64,000 nt of DNA, taken from Eledone cirrhosa. Its lineage: Eukaryota. The notes under the pieces are model-generated. The model saw only the letters and a list, made by a program, of their open reading frames with translations. It ran no database searches and had not been told where the DNA came from. This document shows positions 40,090-54,230 of this stretch, piece after piece. The position numbers and the translations under genes were made by a program. The stretch's first letter is position 1. Each line of letters starts with the position of its first letter. Location: assembly GCA_964016885.1 (NCBI GenBank), contig OZ024741.1, forward strand, positions 165,292,001-165,356,000. Reading direction: 5' to 3'.

Positions 40090-41412
40090 CTAAATAAAGA
40101 AAATAATTTGACTACATTACCACTACTCGCTAATAACAGAATTTTTAAAACTATTTGGGTCATAGAAATGTAGAAGATAGAAATAGGATGTTGTTACATA
40201 ATATTTAGAGGAACAGTTCTTAACATTGTTTTGTTCCATGATCTGCCACAGTATCCTAAATAATTTGATGTCTCCCTCAATATAAAAACATGAGGTATGT
40301 TCAAAAGCTATGTAAATTTTAGATAAATTTCTCTTTCAGACATTCAAATTGTTCAAAAAAATATTCAAAATGGTTTCCCTATTAGATGTGCAACCTATGT
40401 TTATATTCTGAATTCAAATTCTACTGATATCAATGTTGCATTTCAAACTTCCTTATTCTACCCAACAAAGTACTACTGAGGTTTATATAGTTGACTATAT
40501 TCTTCTGCCAAAAAGTAAAATATTACCAGTCTTCATACAATTAACTATATTTTTCTCAAATATAGATTCTGGTTGAGAGAAATCAATGTTCAGACAATAA
40601 ATGATCAGTGAATGGTGTAGAGCAAGAGGTTATCCAAGCAGTCCAGTTTCAATTTCCAACTAAACTATGTTTCCTAAATGTGTATGTTATATCATTGATG
40701 TAAAAACTATATTAGGTGTTAGTAAGGAGATTTATCCCTTCCACACTGGAAATAGTTACATTTTAAACAATGTTTGTGGAAAGTATTTCACTATTTTGTT
40801 ACCATATTTTTTTATAAAAGACACATGAATTTCAAATAATTTCTAAAATAATCAAGAATTTGGAATGATTTCGTAATGTATAGCTTTCTCATTATTAAGC
40901 TGGGGTAGGAAGCATTACTTAAAGGCTCTTCGATAAAATTATGATGAAAACTTTTTAGATATATAAACACTTTTATGAACACCATTTCTAATGAATGATA
41001 CTACTTATGATTTTGAAATAATTTTAAAATAATCAAGAATTTTGAGGTATTTTATAATATAACAAACTTTCTCGCTATTAAGCTAGTGTTTAGAACATCT
41101 TAACAAAAGTTCTTACATAAAATTATGATGGAAAGTTTTTAGATAAATATATACACTTTAGAATATGCAACTTTGTATCATAGAAGCAGGAGCAGTTTTA
41201 GCAAGTTTATTATCTAATGAGGTGGATCAATTATTCTAATCAGTTAATGAGAGCTAAATATAGAGACAGTTGATACAATTTTAGTGGTGGAGATTGATGG
41301 GGTTAGCAGGAAATTTGATCCAGATATTTACTGTCATTGCATTCAGCCAGCTGCAACTTTATGACCGATGGAGAGACATCTAGTGATAGCTTATCATATA
41401 TATATATATATC

Positions 41413-41454
<42 letters not shown>

Positions 41455-41997
41455 TGCATGTGTGTGTTTCAGTTTGTGTGTGTGTGCATGTGTATATATT
41501 TAATCAACTCTATGACCCATGAAGACACATCTAGTGATAATTTCTTACATGCTTAGATATGAACACACATAATCACACAGAGAGAAGCACACAGGCACAT
41601 TGTGTGTGTGTATAAATTATGGATACACATCTAGTGATATCTTATCACACACACGTATATATATATATATACACATACATATATATATATATATACACAC
41701 ACACACATATATATATACACACACATACATATATATACACACATATATATATATATACATATACACATATATATATATACATATACACATATATATATAT
41801 ACATATACACATATATACATATACATATATATATATATACATATATATACATATACACATATATATATACATATACACGCACATATATATATATATACAT
41901 ATACACACATATATAAACACACATATATATATATATATAAACATATATATATATATATATACATACACACATATATATATACATATATATACACATG

Positions 41998-42073
<76 letters not shown>

Positions 42074-42179
42074 TGCACACACACACGTACATATATACAT
42101 ATATATACACATGCACACACACACATACATATATACATATATATACACATGCACACACACACACATACATATATATATC

Positions 42180-42497
42180 ATTTCATTTTACGTCCGCTTT
42201 TCCCTGCTTGCAAGGGTGGAATGGGAACTGATTTCTACAGCTGGATGCCCTTCCTAACACCAACCTCATTTACAGTGAGTGCTGGGTGCTTTTTTGCCGT
42301 GGCACCTCCACGACAACTTTGCAGTGGAATGATATGGACCCCAGTCCTATCATCTCATTTCTACAGCTGAGTAAACTGGAGCAATGTGAAATAAAGTTTC
42401 TTGCTCAAGGAAACAACACATCACCTGGTCTGAGAATTGAACTCACAACCTTTCGATTGCAAGGCCAATGCTCTAACCACTAAGCCATGGGCCTCCA
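42180..42497 (-). mobile_element. SINE family A
   Basis: Reverse-complement match to 817-1148. Confidence 0.85.
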
Positions 42498-42870
42498 TAT
42501 ATATATACACACACACACACACACAGATGTATGTGTGTGTGCCTCTATGTCTAAACTCTATAATCAATGGATACACATCTAGAGATATCTCATTGTATAT
42601 ACACAAACACACACATAAATATGTATACATGATGTGTAAGTAACTGTGATACAGAGACACATATCTGCTGATATCCCATCACATACACACATATGCCGTG
42701 TGTGTGTAGATGCCTGTATATCTACGTATGTCTACGTAGGTCTATATGTTGATGTGTCTGTGTGTATGTGTACATGTAAACAAGTAGGTACAGTTATAGT
42801 AGTATGTGTGTGTGTATACGCACACATATACATATACATACATATATGCATACTTACATATACATAATGC

Positions 42871-42914
<44 letters not shown>

Positions 42915-43104
42915 ATATATACACACATATACATATTTATATACATATATATATACATATACATGTATACATATATATATATATACATGTATACATATAT
43001 ATATATATACATATATATATATACACACATACATATTTATATACGTATTCATGTATACATATATATATATATACACACATACATATTTATATACGTATTC
43101 ATGT

Positions 43105-43141
<37 letters not shown>

Positions 43142-43440
43142 TATATACATATGCATATATATATATATATACATATGCATATATATATATACCTATAAAT
43201 ATATATACATATATATGCATATGCATATACATATGCATATGTATAAACACACATATACATATATATGCATGCATATACATATGCATATATATATATATAC
43301 ATAGTATATAAGGGAGAGGATCAGGAGTGTGTAACACTCCACTTATCCAATAGGCAGTATAAGGTTAGCTCGATGTCTGAGGACAGAGCCGTAATATAAT
43401 TAACAACAAAGAACGCTTAGAGCATAGGTATATCTTTACT

Positions 43441-43486
43441 TGCTAACAGTGTTTCGTCCACACTATAAGTGGGACTCATCAGAGCA
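43441..43486 (-). ncRNA. Type I hammerhead motif (left arm, sense to CASK)
   Basis: Exact reverse complement of 43698-43743. Confidence 0.7.
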
Positions 43487-43697
43487 TAAAGAGTGATTAC
43501 ATATTACACAAGCAATAACAAATCCAAGACATTGAAGAAATAAAAAATAAAAAATATTGAAGAAATAAATAAATAAATAAATATTATTTATTTTATTTCT
43601 TCAATATTTTATTTATTTTATTTTATTTCTTCAATATTTTTTATTTCTTCAATGTCTTGGATTTGTTATTGCTTGTGTAATATGTAATCACTCTTTA

Positions 43698-43743
43698 TGC
43701 TCTGATGAGTCCCACTTATAGTGTGGACGAAACACTGTTAGCA
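43698..43743 (+). ncRNA. Type I hammerhead motif (right arm)
   Basis: tgct CTGATGA gtcccac ttata gtgtggac GAAAC act GTT agca. Stem I tgct/agca; G-C-closed stem II. Confidence 0.7.
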
Positions 43744-44007
43744 AGTAAAGATATACCTATGCTCTAAGCGTTCTTTGTTGTTGATTATATTACGGCTCTG
43801 TCCTCAGACATCGAGCTAACCTTATACTGCCTATTGGATAAGTGGAGTGTTACACACTCCTGATCCTCTCCCTTATATACTATATATATACATATGCATT
43901 TATACAGATACATATGCATATACATATGCATATATATATATATATATATACATGCATATATACATATACATACACATATACATATACATATACATATATA
44001 TATATAT

Positions 44008-45335
44008 AACTCCTATACGCAGACGACCTGACACTCATAGCGGAATCAATGGCCGAGCTAGAGAAGAAATTCCAAACATGGAAGCACGGCCTAGAGTCAA
44101 AAGGACTTAAAATTAACCTGGCTAAGACCAAAGTTCTAGTTTGTAGGAAAGAAAACAAGGCGGCGGTCCCTTCTGGGAAATGGTCGTGCTCGGTGTGTAG
44201 GAAAGGCGTAGGTAGAAACTCCATTTTATGTCCTATGGGTGCATAAAAGATGTAGTGGGATCACAGGTAAGCTAACTAAGAACATAGATTTTACATGTGG
44301 CCGGTGTTCTGGTGCAATAAGTAGCAGCAAGTGCCCACAAAATACTAGCTCTTTCAATTGCGCAGAGGGTTCTATAGAAATAGTGGACAGCTTCCGTTAC
44401 CTGGGCGATAAAATCAGCAGTGGGGGAGGGTGCTCTGAAAGTACTGTAGCTAGAGTCAGAACTGGTTGGAAAAAGTTCAGAGAGCTTATACCACTATTAG
44501 CTGCTAAAGGGTTCTCCCTAAAAATGAAAGGCAGGTTGTACGATGCCTGCATACGAACAGCAATGCTGCATGGCAGTGAGACCTGGGCATTGTGTGCAGA
44601 GGATATACGCAGACTAGAGAGGAACGAAGCTTGCATGCTCCGCTGGATGTGTAACAGTAATATACGTGAACGGCAAAGCATAAACGAACTAAGGAAAAAA
44701 TTAGAGATAAGAGGGATCAGATGTTGTTTACTCGAGAGAAGGCTACGTTGGTATGGACACGTGATGCGCATGAAAGTCGATAGCTGTATAACAAAGTGCA
44801 GGGCAATAAAGATAGACGGTAGTCACGGAATAGGCAGACCTAGAAAAACCTGGGACGAGCTGATAAACTACGACATTACACACTTACACCTCTCCAAGAT
44901 AATGTCACTGGACCGAGACCTTTGGCGGTACTCAGTAACAGAGAAGACCCGCCTTACCTAAATATATAGTAAAACCTACTCCAACCAGTAGGCATCTCTA
45001 ACAAAATACACCCCGTCCCACCACCACCACCCCGTTCTATGTAAAGTTATGTTGGTGCCGCGCCATAGGCCGAAACAAATGAGATCGTGTAGGTGTCACG
45101 ACAAAAAAACACACAGTCCACGCTGTAATGTGGCCGTGTAGGCAACACGGTAAAAACCTCTCAGACCCACACTGTAAATGTGGTTGGTGTTAGGAAGGGC
45201 ATCCAACTGTAGAAAACCTGCCAGACAGTCCTATGTGAGCAAGACAATCACTCTTGCCTCAAGTGGGACTACCCCCGTCCAAACCCATGCAAGCGTGGAA
45301 CACGGACGTTAAACGTTGATGATGATGATGATGAT
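44008..45335 (+). mobile_element. RTE-clade LINE, 5'-truncated, relatively young
   Basis: Starts at LLYADDL, then [12 protein letters not shown], a Cys-rich insert, FRYLG, LHGSETW, RRLRWYGHVMRM and GRPRKTW. One frameshift near 44235; 3' UTR and (gat)n tail. Confidence 0.93.
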
Positions 45336-45617
45336 ATATACATATATATACATTGGCATATATACAAATACATATATATATATACATGCATATATACATA
45401 TACATATATATATAAAATATATACATATACATATATATATACATATATACATATACATATATATATATACATATATACATATATATATATATACATATAT
45501 ACATATACATATATATATATATATACATAGGCATATATACAAATACATATATATATACATATACATATGCATATATATATATATATATATATACATACAC
45601 ATATACATATATATATT

Positions 45618-45675
<58 letters not shown>

Positions 45676-45692
45676 CACATATATATATTTAC

Positions 45693-45855
<163 letters not shown>

Positions 45856-45856
45856 C

Positions 45857-45891
<35 letters not shown>

Positions 45892-45892
45892 C

Positions 45893-45939
<47 letters not shown>

Positions 45940-45948
45940 TACATATAC

Positions 45949-46027
<79 letters not shown>

Positions 46028-46049
46028 TATATATGTGTATATATATATA

Positions 46050-46270
46050 GTGAAGGCGTGTGGCTGAGTGGTTAGAGAATTGGATTCGTAATCGTAAGGT
46101 TGTGAGTTCGATTCCTGGACCGGGCGATGAGTTATGACCTTGAGCAAGACACTTTATTTCACGTTGCTCCTTCTACCTGGAGTTGTGACCGATACAGAGT
46201 ACTAGCAATTGGAAAGACCAACGGAAACATCGTTCCCTCGGTCCGATTTGACGAAAGTCGATCGTTTCTT
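46050..46270 (+). mobile_element. SINE family C
   Basis: tRNA-like head (tggctgagtgg, gagttcgattcc), central ccttgagcaagacac, unique tail; embedded in (TA)n. Confidence 0.8.
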
Positions 46271-46275
46271 AATAT

Positions 46276-46327
<52 letters not shown>

Positions 46328-46452
46328 GTATATATAAATATGTATATGACTATATATATATATATATATACACATATATGTATATGTATATGTATATACA
46401 TATATATATATACATATACATATATATAGACATATACATATATATATATACC

Positions 46453-46485
<33 letters not shown>

Positions 46486-46595
46486 GTATGTGTATATACA
46501 TATACACATATATATATATATACATATATAGACATATACATATATATATATATATATACATATATATATACATATACATATATATATACATATAA

Positions 46596-46790
46596 ATCCA
46601 ACAGACCAGTGTCTGTCCTTAGGACATCAACATACGTTAACCTTGGTCTTCCTCTTCTAGTGTGTTCATGTAGGGGCTCCCAAAGGAGCACTGAGTGCAA
46701 TGTCAACTCTGGATGTCGGTGAGCATGTCCAGCCAACCTCAGTCTCCTCTGTGTCACTTTTGAGCTGACTTTTGGGATAATGACATGGCA
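46596..46790 (-). mobile_element. LINE (RTE-like) ORF 3' fragment
   Basis: [18 protein letters not shown]...[25 protein letters not shown]. Confidence 0.7.
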
Positions 46791-46867
46791 GCAATAATGA
46801 GGGACAGAGACCGCTGGAGAGAACTCGTCCATGGATCTCGGGAATTTTACCCGACTTAGATAGATAC

Positions 46868-46954
<87 letters not shown>

Positions 46955-47146
46955 TATACATATATAATAAACATATATATACATATATATACATATATAT
47001 ATACATATATTTATATATATATATACATATATATATATACATATGTACATATATATACATATATCCACACATATGTACATATATATGCATATATACACAT
47101 ATATATATATATACATATATAAATATATATATACATAAATATATGT

Positions 47147-47213
<67 letters not shown>

Positions 47214-47448
47214 CATATATATATACAATTATATACATATATATATACATAAACATATATATATATACATACATATATATATACATATATATATACATAT
47301 ATACATATATATACAATATATATACACATATATATATACATATACGTGTGTGTGTGTCTGCATATATATGTAGATATAGATAGGCAGATATACAGATAGA
47401 GTGGGTGAGAGTGTGAGTGAGAGTATGAGTGAGAGAGAGAGTGCTTAC

Positions 47449-47520
47449 CTTTAACTTCCTTCGAGCATTGAATTTTTTCATCTCATCTACCGTTTCTTGA
47501 AGATGAATTTTTGTTTTTTC
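47449..47520 (-). CDS. CASK: CASK/LIN-2 internal coding exon (autoregulatory/CaM-binding segment)
   Basis: ttttccacattttccag|GAA...TTA AAG|gtaagc, 72 nt, phase 0/0. Encodes [24 protein letters not shown], matching [25 protein letters not shown] as I recall it. Confidence 0.93.
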
Positions 47521-49599
47521 CTGGAAAATGTGGAAAATTGAAAAAACATTGTTTAGTTATATTGAAACTATTTGTTTCATTATATTAAATAGGTAAATGT
47601 ATTGAAAAGACCGTCTGAATGAAAGACATTTATGAATAGGTTGTTTTATTAAATAAATATATTGAAAACATTGGTAAAAGGGAAAGCACTTAGCTATCGT
47701 TTAGAAATAAACCAAGTGAAGAATGGTTCTCTCGTATTGGAATGGTGGGGGACTAGTGAATATCGATCTAACTACAACAGATTTCCAATAAAAAATAAAC
47801 TTAGTAGGTATACTTTGAAATTCAAAATAAATTTCGGAAAATATTTAAGAAGAAAATCATAAATTCTGAAGGAAAAAAAATGTTGAAGAATTTTGTTAGA
47901 AAATTGGAAAATAAAGTTTTACCATTTATCAAGAGAAAGTATGCCACAGCCTGTTGGTGTGGGTATTTCAGTTCATGATCATAAGACTGGAGGTTCAATT
48001 CTCAAGCCGGGGGAACAAGTTGGGTCCTTGAGCATGACACTTCATTTTCCATTGCTCAAGTCCACTCAGCTTCAGAAAAATAGCTTAAGTGCCAGTAACA
48101 GTGACATCCAGGGTGACAGTTTCTTCTTTCAGTCACTAAACACTAATGGAATTGGGAACAAGCTCAGCTCTGGCCTCATGAACCTCTGGTCTTCTTTTAC
48201 ACTTGAAAACTGATTAATTTTTTTTTGTTTTTTAAATTGGTTATCTGTAGAATATTTTCTTCCTGGTATCTGTATATACTTGGAGAGTCTATATAGTCCA
48301 TTTGTGTGCTATGAACACATTTTCTGCACCTGTTATTCATTTCACATTTTCAACAATATTTATAAACCTTTTAAGACTGTTATTTAAACAGATGGCACTT
48401 ATTTTATAGGTCAATGTTATGGTTTACTTTACTACTATGCTCAGCATGTCATGTTTCACTAACTACAGATTTTTCAATTGATGTCCTCACTAAATCTAAC
48501 ATAGCAGTTCTCAGAATTAAGGTCTGTGGAACTCTGGGGGTCCATAATGATAATACTGGGGGTATGTATGCTAAGTTCAAAATTTCAATAGGTTGCAGTG
48601 TAAGACATATAAGTACTCACAACAAGCTGGTAAAAATATATTTTTATAATTTCAAAATTGTTTCCAAATCTACAGGAATAGTTTAATATTTTTAAATGTG
48701 TTTTAGAACCTGAGCTACACTTAAAACTGTTTTCTATTGAGCCTGAAATTTGGAAAATAATACCAACAAAGCAACATAACTCTTTCATTAAACATATAAG
48801 TTTTTCGTTTAGCACTGTTTCATATTTAACAGAATATTCAGTTATATATATCTTTCCACTTTGAGATTAAACTGAGGAAACAAGTCTGGTATTAGTTAAT
48901 AAATTCAGTTAAGTAGGCATACCTTTCAAAAGTCTGGGGTCCATGGGAAAATTCATTTAAATATAAGGGTTCTTTGGTAGTAAAATGGTTGGCAACCACA
49001 GATCTAATACATACTCCCACGAGGAAAATATATGGCATATAAGATAAATGATTTCTCTCATTAGAGAAAACAGTGAGCTCATACAGAACATTCACTGTAC
49101 TTTCTACACTGTCAGAAAGTATTGATTGGAGTAAATATATATATACAAGAAATAGATAAAGTTCAATATTTTCACCCAATTCAATATTCAAAAATGTCTA
49201 CCCCCAAACTCATTCAATAGTATTTTAGATAACAAACTTGGGAGGAGATATGGAAATATACTTGTATGTGAACAACCTACAGTTAAAAACATTGCACTCT
49301 CCCTTCACCTCATAATCTCTGCTGCCTTTCACTGAAGAGCAAATGATGGAGCCTCTTCATAGTCATTTGACATTCCAACAACAGTAGCTAAATCGCCCTC
49401 AAATTACATCCTACTTTTTTAGAAAAAGAATACATTGGATCCCTGTACAAGATGGTCATGATTGGAATGCCTTTGACCAGATATTTGCTTGATCAGGGTT
49501 GACCTGGGACATAGGAACAAAATCTACAACAGTTATCACAAAACAGTTGCAATACTAGTTACCGCATAATATAGGCTATACAGCCTATATAATTGTGAG

Positions 49600-49890
49600 A
49601 TTGTGAGTTTGATTTCTACACCAGGCTGTGTGTTGTATCCTTGAGCAAGACACTTCATTTCACGTTGTTCCTGTTCACTCAGCTATAGAAATGAATAGCA
49701 ACATCACAGGTGCCAAGCTGTATCGGCATTTGCCTTTCCCTTGAACAATATCGGTGGCATGGAGAGGAGAGATTGGTATGCATGGGTGACTACCAGTCTT
49801 CTACAAACAACCATGGCGGGACTTGTGCCTCAAAGGGGAACTTTCTAGGTGCAAATCTCATGGTCATTCGTGACCAAAGGGGGTCTTTAT
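49600..49890 (+). mobile_element. tRNA-derived SINE (family A-like central domain, different tail)
   Basis: ttgtgagtttgatttc...tccttgagcaagacacttcatttcacgttg; interrupts an agttaccacagactata repeat tract. Confidence 0.65.
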
Positions 49891-50345
49891 AATAGTTACC
49901 ACAGACAATAGGTTGTAGAGTTTATATTAGTGAACACAGCTTATAATAGTTACTACATCATAATTAGTTACCACAGACTATAAGCTATACAATATTTATT
50001 AGTTACTAAAGCATGTATTAGTTACCACAGACTATACTATAATTATTACCAGACTTGAACAAATATATACTGCAGTCTAATGACTGAAATCAGTAACAGA
50101 ATAAAGGAACATATATATATACTGTAAACATATATATATATATACTGTAAACATATATATATATACTGTAAAGCACCCAGTACTCACTGTAAATGAGGTT
50201 GGCATTAGGAAGGGCATTCTGCTGTAGAAACCAAGCCAGAATCAGTTCTGTATGAACATGATATGGTTTAACTGACCTGGCATTGCTCACAACAGGATAA
50301 CTCATCTAAACCATGCCAGTGGAAAATGGATGTTAAATGGTGATG

Positions 50346-50395
<50 letters not shown>

Positions 50396-50423
50396 AGTAA
50401 CACAACAGTTAGTTCACCATTCT

Positions 50424-50460
50424 GAGAACAATTGTTTCACCTTATACGGATCTTCAGCTC
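50424..50460 (-). ncRNA. Minimal type I hammerhead motif
   Basis: Minus strand reads gag CTGAAGA tcc gtataa ggt GAAAC aatt GTT ctc, with palindromic stem III aacaattgtt. Lies in a ~160-bp segment (50391-50549) between (TA)n tracts. Confidence 0.7.
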
Positions 50461-51919
50461 GGACTGGTCTACTGTTACCACTTCTACCAAACTCGTACTA
50501 TGGACTGATTGCTCTACCACTACGGATATTACCTTCCAGTGTTCTACTTATATATATATATATATACACCCCTCCCCCACACCCATAAAACGGGCTCCTA
50601 TAAAATATCTGTCTACCAAATTTCACTCACAATTCTCATTATCAATACTGGAACCTCGAAAGTAGACCAGGTAAAATTGAGATGTTAATGCTGAGCTGAA
50701 GAGATGGGTGTTGTCTGCAAGAGGTGAAATGGAGGGGAACATAACCTGGTCGCCTTTTAAGTAAGAAACACGGGTGTAAATTCTTTTGAGAGGAAACAAC
50801 AAAGGAGTAAATTGAATGGGTTTACTATTGTAGAGGGTCTGTCCAGCATGAAAAGGCAGGCGTAGAATTAAGGGTGATGTTGATGGTGAAGATATTGGTC
50901 AGTCCTAAGCTATAATAGAAGAAACTTGTTCAAGGTGCCATGCAGTGAAATCAAAACCAAAACCACCTGGTTGCGAAGTGAACTTCATAACCACATAGCT
51001 ACGCCCAGAATTATAAACTTTATATATCATAACAGAATATCATAAACACCCTATATACATGTGTATAAGCTACACTAGTAGATAAATCACACCTCCATTA
51101 TACATATATACACTTACAATGTAAGATATAGAGGGTGTCCCACAACAATATATACACACTTCAACAGCATTCTAATAAATATTGCCTGTACAGGTAACCA
51201 ATGTATGTATACATTTTGAATTGAGGTTTTGTAGGTCCAGTAGCTAGGTTGCACCTCTATTTTACAAACAACATTCACACTGCACCATATATTTTGAATT
51301 GTTATTTTGTAAATCAAATAAATAAGTCTTGGACTGATTTTTTATTCTGTATTTTTGTAAAAAGAATAGATGTGATTTATACACAACAATATACATTATT
51401 TAAATCAGTTACTGTATCACATTTACTTAAATAAATAGAAAAGTTATGGTTTTTCAGTCTATGTAAGTGAAACTTGGCTTAGAGAAATAGCAGAATGTAA
51501 ACATAACTGGATGTAAGACAGTAAATTACAGCATGTGTAGTTAGGAAAATGATTGATTATAGATAAACCTTGTTGAATATATGCATCAGTAAAACAACTT
51601 TGGTTTGCAAAACTCCACCCCACCATTCACACACCATCTAATCTTTCCTCATTGATAAATGTTGACCACCAAGACTGCAGTTAAGTCGGCTGTCATTTAT
51701 TTTACTAAGAGCTTACTATCATCATCTGAACACAATATTTCCAACACCTGTCACATACAATGAAGTTTCTCTCTCTCTCTTTCAACATATATGTTTTCTA
51801 CTAACCCTACACATATGTATTAAACACACAGATATCTCAGTAGATTAAGTCGTTGAAATTCAAATGCAATTTGTTTTTTAAATGTCCACATATTTTATTC
51901 TATCTTCACATTGGTTTCA

Positions 51920-52260
51920 TCCGACACTATGCTTTGCAGCATAGAGTTATGGCCCTTTACGTTCTGAGTTCAAATCCCACCAAGGTTAACTTTGCTTTTC
52001 ATCCTTATGGGGGTCGATAAAATAAAGTACCAGTAATGCACTGGGATAACTGCTGGCCTTGTGCCAAAAGTAGAAACAATTATCATTTAGATGTTGAGCG
52101 TCGGACACCATGCGTCGCGACAGAGTTACGGCCCTTTACGTTCTGGGTTCAAATCCTGCCGACGTTAACTTTGCCTTTAATCTTTACAGTGTCGATAAAA
52201 TAAAGCACCAGTAATGTACTGGCATAATTGCTGGCCTTGTTCCAAAAGTAGAAACACTTA
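51920..52260 (+). mobile_element. Two tandem SINE family B copies
   Basis: Family B core occurs twice. Confidence 0.8.
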
Positions 52261-53028
52261 TTTTTCAGTAATTCGATCAACTGAATCACCTGCCAATTGA
52301 ATTAGCATGTAAATGGCTGAGTATTCCACAGACATGTACATTTAACATAATCCTCAGGCAGAAACAGAATGACCCAGTTTGTGACATGGCTGGACATCTG
52401 AATTGCAGGTGCAGTTCCCACCATCTAACAAACTTCACTCACAAAGTGAACAAATTATTATAGCCAAATCTGTGGAACAGCTTCAGAACGAATTCTTGTT
52501 GTGGAAACAAATGTATCAGAGCAAAATGATCAAAGACCAATGAAAATTAGGTCACCTAGGTAACAGAAGCCATCAACAACTTCTATGGAGCCTTCACAGG
52601 ATTGGAAAATGCTTACTTCACTGGTGTTCTTTCAACCAGCCAGTGTATCTGCCATATACAAAGTCTATCTTATCAGTTAGACTGCCTGCTACTCCACTAC
52701 ACCCTTTGTCCACCTAAGGCACTTGCCCAGGATTTTATTCAGTGAGATTAAACCTGGTACTTTATGATTCAGAAGTAAACATGTAAACTATTTGGTCCCT
52801 CTGTAAATGCAACAAAAACTAATAGGACAACAATATTTTTTACAGCTAATATTTCACCAACAGAAAAATCAATGATACTGCCTAGGTCTTCCTCAGTCCT
52901 CTAATTTCCTTCCACTGGAAACCCAATGATCATCATCGTCCATACATATCATATGTCCATATCAGTGCATTATTCTCTCTTGCACATTAGTTCTGTTTCC
53001 TCATATATCCAACTTTTCTATCAACGTG

Positions 53029-53358
53029 CAGTGGAACTTCAGATCATGAACTTAATTTTTTGTTCTAGAAGACTGCTTGTCACCCAAAATGTTTGTAAAA
53101 CAAAACTATTCTCCCATACGAAATGTTGAGACTGAAATACAGTTCAAAAGAACCTGTGTGTGAAAGACAGGTAGATATCACCAGAGTAACTAACTACATA
53201 CAACAAGTGGTGCTTTCCTGCCGATACTCCTAGCTTGTCACCAAATGTTGTTGCTGGATTGCATGTTCATTACTCGAGACACTGTTCATCAACCAAGACG
53301 TTTTATGTTCGGAAAATTTGTTCATGATGTGAGGCATACCTGAATCGAGGTTCCACTG
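53029..53358. mobile_element. Tigger/pogo-type MITE
   Basis: TIRs cagtggaacttcaga / tcgaggttccactg followed by TA. Confidence 0.65.
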
Positions 53359-53729
53359 TACACATACATTAACATTACACATTCAACAGAGTATGACCAC
53401 TTCATTTCTCTCTAGCATTACATATCCTCAGCATTCACCACCCATGTCTGACTGCCATGCAACATCACACTTCCAATACAGGTATCATACAATTTACTCT
53501 CCGCTCAGAGAGAACATTCTCTAATACTGGGGTCAATTCTTCCTCTATATCTCTTTCTCATCTTCTCTCACTTTCTATCTTTCTCTGGAAGAAATCTGCT
53601 GTACTCAGGCCTGAAGAAGAATAGGCTCTGTCCAAGAAATGCTGTATGTCAATACAATGCAACTACAACTCTATCAGGAGTTACAGGACCATACATACAT
53701 ACACACACATCATGTAGTCTTGTCTTGTT

Positions 53730-54230
53730 TTCTACATACTAAAACATTGGTCATTGATCATTTTACTCTGAAACATTTGTTTCCAGAACAAGAACTCCTT
53801 CTGAAGCTGTTCCACAGATTTGGTTATAAGAATTCGTTCATCAGCATACAGAAGTTCCCATGGACAGCCAGCCTTAAACGTCTCTGTTATGGCCAAGAGA
53901 ACTACAATAATCAGGAGTAGGCTGAGGACAGAACTTTGATGAACACCAACCAGCCTGCACACTAACTTCACCACTAAATTCATTATCTACTCTCACTTAG
54001 CTGACAGAACCTATGTATAGGGCTTGAGCTACTCTCACAAACCCCTCATCTACACAGATTCTTTAATAACCACATGATAACAAATCTTGGCATTTTACAG
54101 ATCTACCAAAGCTTATACTTAGCTAGGAACTTCTCGTGTAGTTGTCTCACTAAGTAAAGGGCATCTGTGGTGTTACTTCCTGGCATAAAACCAAATTGCA
54201 TCTCATCTAATTTGACATTTTCCCTCATTA
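53730..54230 (-). mobile_element. Old RTE RT relic
   Basis: VGVHQSSVLSLLLIIVVLLAITETFKAGCPWELLYADE. Confidence 0.7.

Larger units (their letters stand above)
43301..43883. mobile_element. Near-perfect fold-back element (~250-bp arms) with a hammerhead in each arm; PLE pLTR-like
   Basis: 43301-43548 is the reverse complement of ~43636-43883 (I see one mismatch). AT-rich centre; TA-rich microsatellite on both sides. Confidence 0.85.

Noticed and set aside
46050-46125. tRNA genes at SINE heads
   Set aside because: A/B boxes are present but run into SINE bodies, and I cannot fold a complete cloverleaf.
47449-47520. CaMKII assignment for the [10 protein letters not shown] exon
   Set aside because: KIHL-ETV and the next exon GAIMAAVSS...FY.DPP match CASK, not CaMKII (HRQETV / GAILTTML).
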